DNA of 64,000 nucleotides, from positions 384,001 to 448,000 of the forward strand of contig JBEKVV010000002.1 in assembly GCA_049513715.1 (NCBI GenBank). Direction: 5' to 3'. This stretch comes from Candidatus Bathyarchaeia archaeon. GTDB lineage: Archaea > Thermoproteota > Bathyarchaeia > 40CM-2-53-6. The stretch's first letter is position 1, and the number at the start of each line of letters is the position of its first letter. Shown here piece after piece: positions 58,640 to 64,000 of the stretch. The translations under genes were made by a program, and so were the position numbers. The notes beneath the pieces were generated by a model that was given only the letters and a program-made list of their open reading frames with translations, was not told the origin of the DNA and ran no database searches.

Positions 58640-59656
58640 GTGACGACACTCATCGGTTTAGCGTTCGGTCTAGCAGTTCTAGTTGTTTTCATCAATTTTG
58701 TCGGGCTAGATGCATTGGTAAGAGTACTACTGCAAGTTAGTCCTTCATTGATACTTGTCATGGTTGCACTGGAGTTGCTCGGATTCGTGTTTTATTCCAC
58801 CGCGTGGTATCTTCTGATCCGAGCGACAGGTCATACGATTTCGTTCATCACCTGCCAAGGAATTACGTTCGCTAGCATTTTTGCCGGCATCACGATGCCA
58901 AGCGGCATATTCCTAGAAGCGGCGCGGTGTATGTTGGGCTCCAAAGAGTCAGGTATGAAGCTCGGCGAGTCCACAGCAACAGTCGTTCTCCACCGGATTC
59001 TCTACGTGGCAGGGTTCCTTCTCTGCACCGCGCTCGCTCTATCGCTACTCATCATTCAAGGTGCTATCAAATCATCGGTTGTTTACGAGTTGGCGATTAT
59101 CCCTGTCGCTTCTATCATTGGTTTGCTTGTGCTCTTGGCCGGGTCTCTTAGCCCACGGCGACTCCAACCGCTGCTCAACCGCATCGTACGTCTAGCGCAA
59201 CCTTTGTTCAAGTTGGTGCAAAAAGAAGTTCAGGTCGAAGGTAAGGCCGACCAATTCTTGACCGAATATCAACACGGCTTTCGCAAGATGCTGTCATCCA
59301 CTAAGTACATTGTGACATCATTCATCGCTAGCCTAGGGGATTGGGCATGCTCAGTGGTAATTCTTTGGATCGCGATATTCGCACTTGGGGTCAACGTCTC
59401 ACTATGGGCCGTCCTAGTGACAATGGCAATCGGAAAGATGATTCAGATGACTCCAATAGCGGTGCCAGGCATGCTTGGAATATACGAAGCCGCAGTAACC
59501 GCAACATTATCGTTGTTTTCTGTTCCGGTAGCTGTAGCAGCCTCAGCAGCTCTACTCCTGAGGGTAGTCACAACTTGGCTTGACCTCCCGATAACCGGTA
59601 TCGCCGCGTACCACTACGGATTCAAATTGCTCAGGAAGAAGGACTCCTTCCCATAA
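58640..59656 (+). CDS. Lysylphosphatidylglycerol synthase TM / UPF0104 flippase-like protein
   Basis: Multi-TM; TP.AVPGMLGIYEA, LLLRVVTTW. Confidence 0.8.
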   Translation: MTTLIGLAFGLAVLVVFINFVGLDALVRVLLQVSPSLILVMVALELLGFVFYSTAWYLLIRATGHTISFITCQGITFASIFAGITMPSGIFLEAARCMLGSKESGMKLGESTATVVLHRILYVAGFLLCTALALSLLIIQGAIKSSVVYELAIIPVASIIGLLVLLAGSLSPRRLQPLLNRIVRLAQPLFKLVQKEVQVEGKADQFLTEYQHGFRKMLSSTKYIVTSFIASLGDWACSVVILWIAIFALGVNVSLWAVLVTMAIGKMIQMTPIAVPGMLGIYEAAVTATLSLFSVPVAVAASAALLLRVVTTWLDLPITGIAAYHYGFKLLRKKDSFP

Positions 59657-59701
59657 TTCGACAGCATCGCGAAACATAGTCTACGTTTTGTGAGAGCTAT
59701 T

Positions 59702-60229
59702 TCAGCCTGAGGTCCCCGTATGCCTTTCGAGGCTTTGGAGATAGAGGCTGCTGTAAAGGCATAAGGAGAACACTAAGAACGACACTTTTGTCGCGAAGTT
59801 GAAGTTTACTGGTAGGCTACTGTACGCGTGCTGCACATTAGATAAGAGGTCAAGCGAACCGCCAACGCGCTGCCATGAGGCGAACCATGCATGAAAGTTC
59901 CAAATTAGTTCGTAGCCCGAGGCAAAGCTCAGAACAAGGAGCAACATTCGGATTCCCCGAGTGTCCAAGGATACAAGTCGGCCTCTGCTCGCCTCCAGGG
60001 CCAGTAGGCCTGCTGCGAAGATGAAGTACGTGATGAGTGTTACTGGTTTAAAGGAAGATATCACGTAGAACGGGAAGATTAGCGGAATCTCTGCGCTCAC
60101 GTAACGTTCCCCAAACGAATTCTCGACGGGAATCGTGATTGCATAGTAGATTATCAAGAAGACAGCAAGTGCTATCAGAATCCCGGCCGACGCTGCCATG
60201 AGTTTATTCTTGTAGCCATTTGTCCGCAT
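59702..60229 (-). CDS. Hypothetical membrane protein
   Basis: About four TM segments; YELIWNF and NFATK motifs. Confidence 0.65.
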   Translation of the reverse strand: MRTNGYKNKLMAASAGILIALAVFLIIYYAITIPVENSFGERYVSAEIPLIFPFYVISSFKPVTLITYFIFAAGLLALEASRGRLVSLDTRGIRMLLLVLSFASGYELIWNFHAWFASWQRVGGSLDLLSNVQHAYSSLPVNFNFATKVSFLVFSLCLYSSLYLQSLERHTGTSG

Positions 60230-60371
60230 GTTTCATCCCCAAGGATCAAGCGTTTGTTTGTTCCACCGTAGTTTCTACTTAAGAAGGATAGTTTTCGGTT
60301 TTTTCTTCGAAAACCAATGGCAGATCAGGGAATCTTGCGTCGTGTTCCTCCGGGCGTAATGTGTCCCACGA

Positions 60372-61748
60372 GTGCAACGGTCCGGAAAGGCTTATACACG
60401 GTCGAAAGTTACGCTAAGACTTACGCGGTTGGACTTCATGCTCTGGTTTCCCTCGACCCTCACAAATCTCCAGCAGATTGTGCTTTTTCTTGTTGCGATG
60501 GTCACGGGACTGATATCGATTTACGCCTTTAATGTCTGGGTCCTAACATTATTGTCGGTAAGCGGACGCGGCAAACTCGCAAACCCGCCGCAACTCAATT
60601 CATGGCCACAGGTCTCGATCCACTTACCCTTCTTCAATGAGAAGAACGTTGCAGGAAGACTCCTGGATGCTTGCGTTCATTTGGACTATCCGCGCGACAA
60701 ACTCGAGATCATTGTTGTTGATGATTCGACAGATGAAACAACGAAGATAGCCCAAGGCTTCGAGGCGAATTACGCTGGGTTGGTTCGGGTAATTCACAGG
60801 GAGAATAGGGACGGTTTCAAGGCTGGCGCCCTACAGGTTGCTCTTGAAGAGAGCAAGGGTCAATTTCTTGCTCTCTTCGACGCAGATTACGTACCGCCAC
60901 GGGACTTCCTCAGGAAAATGATTCCGTACCTCTACTTGGACGAGAAGGTTGCGTTCGCCCAGTCAAGGTGGAGCTACCTAGACGGCCAGTTCTCTTGGAT
61001 GGCGAAAGCGATCTCACTGGGCATTGACATCTACGCATTTGTGGACCAAAGGGCACGCTACGTCGGAAATCTACTTGCTCACTTCAGCGGAACATGCGGC
61101 GTATTCCGGAAAAAGGCCATCGAGGACGCAGGCGGGTGGAGCGCCGACACTCTGGCGGAGGACCTCGACCTCTCAATTAGGCTCCATTTGAAGGGTTGGC
61201 GGTATATCTACGTCCCAACAGTCGTCTGCCCCGGAGAGATTCCACCAAGCTCCCACAACTTCAGGCACCAACAATTTCGGTGGGCCAAAGGCTTCTCCGA
61301 ATGTTTAAGGAAACACGCAGGAGCCATCATGCGGAGTGACCAACTGAACTTTTTCCAGAAAGCAGAAGCCTTGCTCCACTTAGCCACCTATTTCATCTGC
61401 CCGCTCACAATCATGGGCATAGTGGTAGCCCTGCTATACTACTCAATTTTCCCGCCATCATTTTGGCTAATGGGATTCTGGAGGGACCAGATCGCTTTGA
61501 TTACTTTCATGCTATCACTTGTAATTTACAGCGCCCCCATCGTAGCCTCAGCTGTCGCAATTTCGGAGTTCTCCCAATCCGGAATATCGAAACTCAAGCG
61601 CATCCTACACCTAGGCTACATGGGCGCACTCCTCTACGGGATGCTCCTCAGCAACAGCAGAGCCGTGGTCGAAGGCCTCTTCTCAAAAACCGCCTATTTC
61701 TACCGAACACCAAAGGTAGGATCCACGCACGCCGCAACGGAACCGTAA
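60372..61748 (+). CDS. GT2 glycosyltransferase (cellulose synthase-like)
   Basis: DDS, KAGAL, FDADY, AEDLDL, QQFRW (QxxRW) and C-terminal TMs. Confidence 0.92.
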   Translation: MQRSGKAYTRSKVTLRLTRLDFMLWFPSTLTNLQQIVLFLVAMVTGLISIYAFNVWVLTLLSVSGRGKLANPPQLNSWPQVSIHLPFFNEKNVAGRLLDACVHLDYPRDKLEIIVVDDSTDETTKIAQGFEANYAGLVRVIHRENRDGFKAGALQVALEESKGQFLALFDADYVPPRDFLRKMIPYLYLDEKVAFAQSRWSYLDGQFSWMAKAISLGIDIYAFVDQRARYVGNLLAHFSGTCGVFRKKAIEDAGGWSADTLAEDLDLSIRLHLKGWRYIYVPTVVCPGEIPPSSHNFRHQQFRWAKGFSECLRKHAGAIMRSDQLNFFQKAEALLHLATYFICPLTIMGIVVALLYYSIFPPSFWLMGFWRDQIALITFMLSLVIYSAPIVASAVAISEFSQSGISKLKRILHLGYMGALLYGMLLSNSRAVVEGLFSKTAYFYRTPKVGSTHAATEP

Positions 61749-61809
61749 CACGTCTGGGAACCGGTAGAAAAATGTGCGACGCTTGAAAAAGCGCCGCGAG
61801 ACCTTAGAC

Positions 61810-61896
61810 TTATGCTACGTATTCGCTACTTGTTTTCTCAGAACGAGGAGAATCCTCATTAACTCGCATCTTAGTTTTCTTCTTCTTGGTCGCCAA
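61810..61896 (-). CDS. Putative 28-aa basic micropeptide
   Basis: GAGGTGA SD upstream of TTG; MATKKKKTKMRVNEDSPRSEKTSSEYVA. Confidence 0.35.
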   Translation of the reverse strand: MATKKKKTKMRVNEDSPRSEKTSSEYVA

Positions 61897-62036
61897 TTCG
61901 ATTTCACCTCACGGGTAATTGGATTGGTTTTCTTCGTACTTAAGGGAGAGTGGAATGCTCTACCCCTTTGGAGAAAATACTAGAATAACACGTGGTGGAA
62001 TTCGGCGCGGCAGACCACAGCTTGCTTTAGGCAAGA

Positions 62037-62591
62037 CTAGGTTTTGCTTTTTTCCGTTTTGGGTGACGCTGGGGATACTGGGCCGTGCAGGCGGTCCAAG
62101 ACTCTGTCGGTCTTTAGGGTACTCCTCTTGTCGATGAGGAGAATGAGGGAGAACACGAGGAAGACCAAGTAGACGATCATTGATCCGTGAAGAACACCCG
62201 TTGGGATGTTTGGATACCAACCTACGAAACCCACGGAGGCGACGAGCGCGTACACGAACTCAGCGAGGAACAACGGAAACGTGAAGAGTCCCACCCAGAA
62301 ACCCCAACGGGAAAGCATGTACAACGCGACAGCGATTATGATTGAAACTACGCCGAAAATGGCGAGGTGGAGGTCGCTCAAGCTGAAGACCCCCCAGAAA
62401 GCAAGCATGTACACGCCGCCAACGGCATAGAAGACCAAAGGCAACCAGATTCCGGCTGTTCTTTCGGTGAATTTCTCTGTCAACTTTCTTCCACCGCAAA
62501 TTTGGGGAGGCCTTATTACCGCTCGTGATGTGCCATAAAGCTTTACCAGTTCAGGTTGAGGCAGATTCTTTTGGATAATTTGGCCTTTCAC
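62037..62591 (-). CDS. Hypothetical membrane protein
   Basis: Four TM segments. The true start is probably about 35 codons downstream. Confidence 0.65.
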   Translation of the reverse strand: MKGQIIQKNLPQPELVKLYGTSRAVIRPPQICGGRKLTEKFTERTAGIWLPLVFYAVGGVYMLAFWGVFSLSDLHLAIFGVVSIIIAVALYMLSRWGFWVGLFTFPLFLAEFVYALVASVGFVGWYPNIPTGVLHGSMIVYLVFLVFSLILLIDKRSTLKTDRVLDRLHGPVSPASPKTEKSKT

Positions 62592-63461
62592 ACGTCGATG
62601 GTTGACAGTTTTTCAGGGTACTCAAAACCCCTCGAGGAAGCCAGGTACGTGGTAGTTGGTGTTCCCTACGATCACACCAGCACCTTCAGATCGGGGTCTC
62701 GATTTGCCCCACGTGCAATTCGGGAGGCCTCACAAAATGTCGAAACATACAGCCTACGTACCGGGGTCGACATTGAAAATGTTCCAATCCACGATGCCGG
62801 TGACCTCCACATAGTTGACGATCTCACTGAAACTTTGAAACGACTCAGTCAGGTTACAAAAGACATACTTGACGCCGAAAAGATGCCTGTGTGCATTGGT
62901 GGCGAACACTCCATCACTCAAGCCCCAATGCGAAGCTTACCCAAATCCGTCGGCGTCGTCAGCTTCGACGCGCACGGGGACCTCCGCGATGAATACGGAG
63001 GAAGCAAGTTCTCCCATGCGACTGTCCTGAGACGAATCACGGACATAGTCGGAACCGATGGCGTAATGGTTTGCGGTGTCCGCGCTTTATGCAAGGAAGA
63101 AGTGGAACTGATCAAGGACAAGAAGATTCAAACACTGACACCCTGGGAGATTCGCGAGATTGGCATCGCAAAGGCGGTGGAACGAGTGCGTGCGTTCACC
63201 AAGAAGTTTCAGCACACGTACCTTACGATTGACATTGACGCTCTTGACCCTGCTTTCGCGCCGGGCGTCGCGAACCCTGAATTCGAGGGCTTGACGCCGA
63301 GCGAGATTTTGCCCATGGCCACTGCGGTGGCGGATGAACGAATGATCGCCTTCGACTTAGTCGAGGTGTGTCCGAACTATGATACGGGGGTGACGGCCTG
63401 CGCGGCTGCAAGGCTCATCTTCGAAGTCATAGCCCATGCCGAAAAAGCTAGGAAATCCTAG
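62556..63461 (+). CDS. speB: Agmatinase
   Basis: GVPYD.T..FR.GSRFAP, GGEHSIT, FDAHGD, SHA, DIDALDP..APG. Confidence 0.93.
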   Translation: MRQILLDNLAFHTSMVDSFSGYSKPLEEARYVVVGVPYDHTSTFRSGSRFAPRAIREASQNVETYSLRTGVDIENVPIHDAGDLHIVDDLTETLKRLSQVTKDILDAEKMPVCIGGEHSITQAPMRSLPKSVGVVSFDAHGDLRDEYGGSKFSHATVLRRITDIVGTDGVMVCGVRALCKEEVELIKDKKIQTLTPWEIREIGIAKAVERVRAFTKKFQHTYLTIDIDALDPAFAPGVANPEFEGLTPSEILPMATAVADERMIAFDLVEVCPNYDTGVTACAAARLIFEVIAHAEKARKS

Positions 63462-64000
63462 ACGGTTCGCTGGAACTTTGCGATAAAGTAACCGTTGCAG
63501 AAATGAATGTGTGAGTAGAAGCGTTGGCATAGATCAAATCCTCGAAGCCCACTAGAGCCTAGAAACGGTGTCTGTGAAGACAGTCGGAATCCCGGGTTTC
63601 CTCGAACGAACTCATCGATGACAAGCTCGTTTTCCTCCGGTAAGACACTGCAGGTGCAGTAAACTAGCGAGCCGTTGAGCCGCACATGTCTTGAGGCCGC
63701 TTGGAGAATTGCGAGTTGGCTAATGGAAAACTCATGCACTCGACTTTCAGTAATTCTCCATTTGGCAGTGGGGTTTCTTGCGAACACTCCCGAATTCGAA
63801 CAGGGTGGGTCCACGAGTACAACGTCTGCGTCGACTTTGAGTGGAATTCTTCTTGCATCTGCCCTAATTGGTGAGGCCGCTGTTGTTCCGGTTCGGCGCA
63901 TCTCCTTCGCCCAATGAAACAACCGCCGATCTGAAACGTCTATTGAATAGATCTTTCCATCGTTCCGCATCAACGCAGCAAGGTGACTCGTTTTGTTGCC
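63458..64000 (-). CDS. RsmB/NOP family RNA m5C methyltransferase (5'-truncated by window edge)
   Basis: VLVDPPCSNSG, LVYCTCS..PEENE, GYFIAK. Confidence 0.9.
   Translation of the reverse strand, partial: GNKTSHLAALMRNDGKIYSIDVSDRRLFHWAKEMRRTGTTAASPIRADARRIPLKVDADVVLVDPPCSNSGVFARNPTAKWRITESRVHEFSISQLAILQAASRHVRLNGSLVYCTCSVLPEENELVIDEFVRGNPGFRLSSQTPFLGSSGLRGFDLCQRFYSHIHFCNGYFIAKFQRTV

Overview
64-kb segment of a TACK-lineage archaeal chromosome, most consistent with Bathyarchaeia (inferred from class I LysRS, Hel308, GINS-MCM, Cdc6/Orc1, intron-containing tRNAs, a CFI-box-CTERM protein and frequent TTG/GTG starts). The left part holds metabolic genes and a replication cluster (hel308, intein-containing mcm, GINS, rfcS/rfcL, cdc6). 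The right part holds housekeeping genes (lysS, topA, speB, RsmB/NOP). The most unusual region is about 34-51 kb, with four elements. (i) A structured, SD-sequestering leader lies upstream of a QueT transporter. (ii) An integrase-less ~6.2-kb island is bounded by a 26-bp duplication of the 5' end of tRNA-Gly and carries a KaiC-like/NB-ARC/TPR STAND protein, an orphan gene tail and a secreted beta-propeller protein. (iii) An MT-A70 methyltransferase sits next to a DpnI-like nuclease that lacks its winged-helix domain. (iv) An array of five 17-bp CACCC-N7-GGGTG palindromes, with a satellite copy 11.4 kb away, sits among four winged-helix genes upstream of a stand-alone nurA-herA pair. All calls come from visual motif recognition; no database searches were run.
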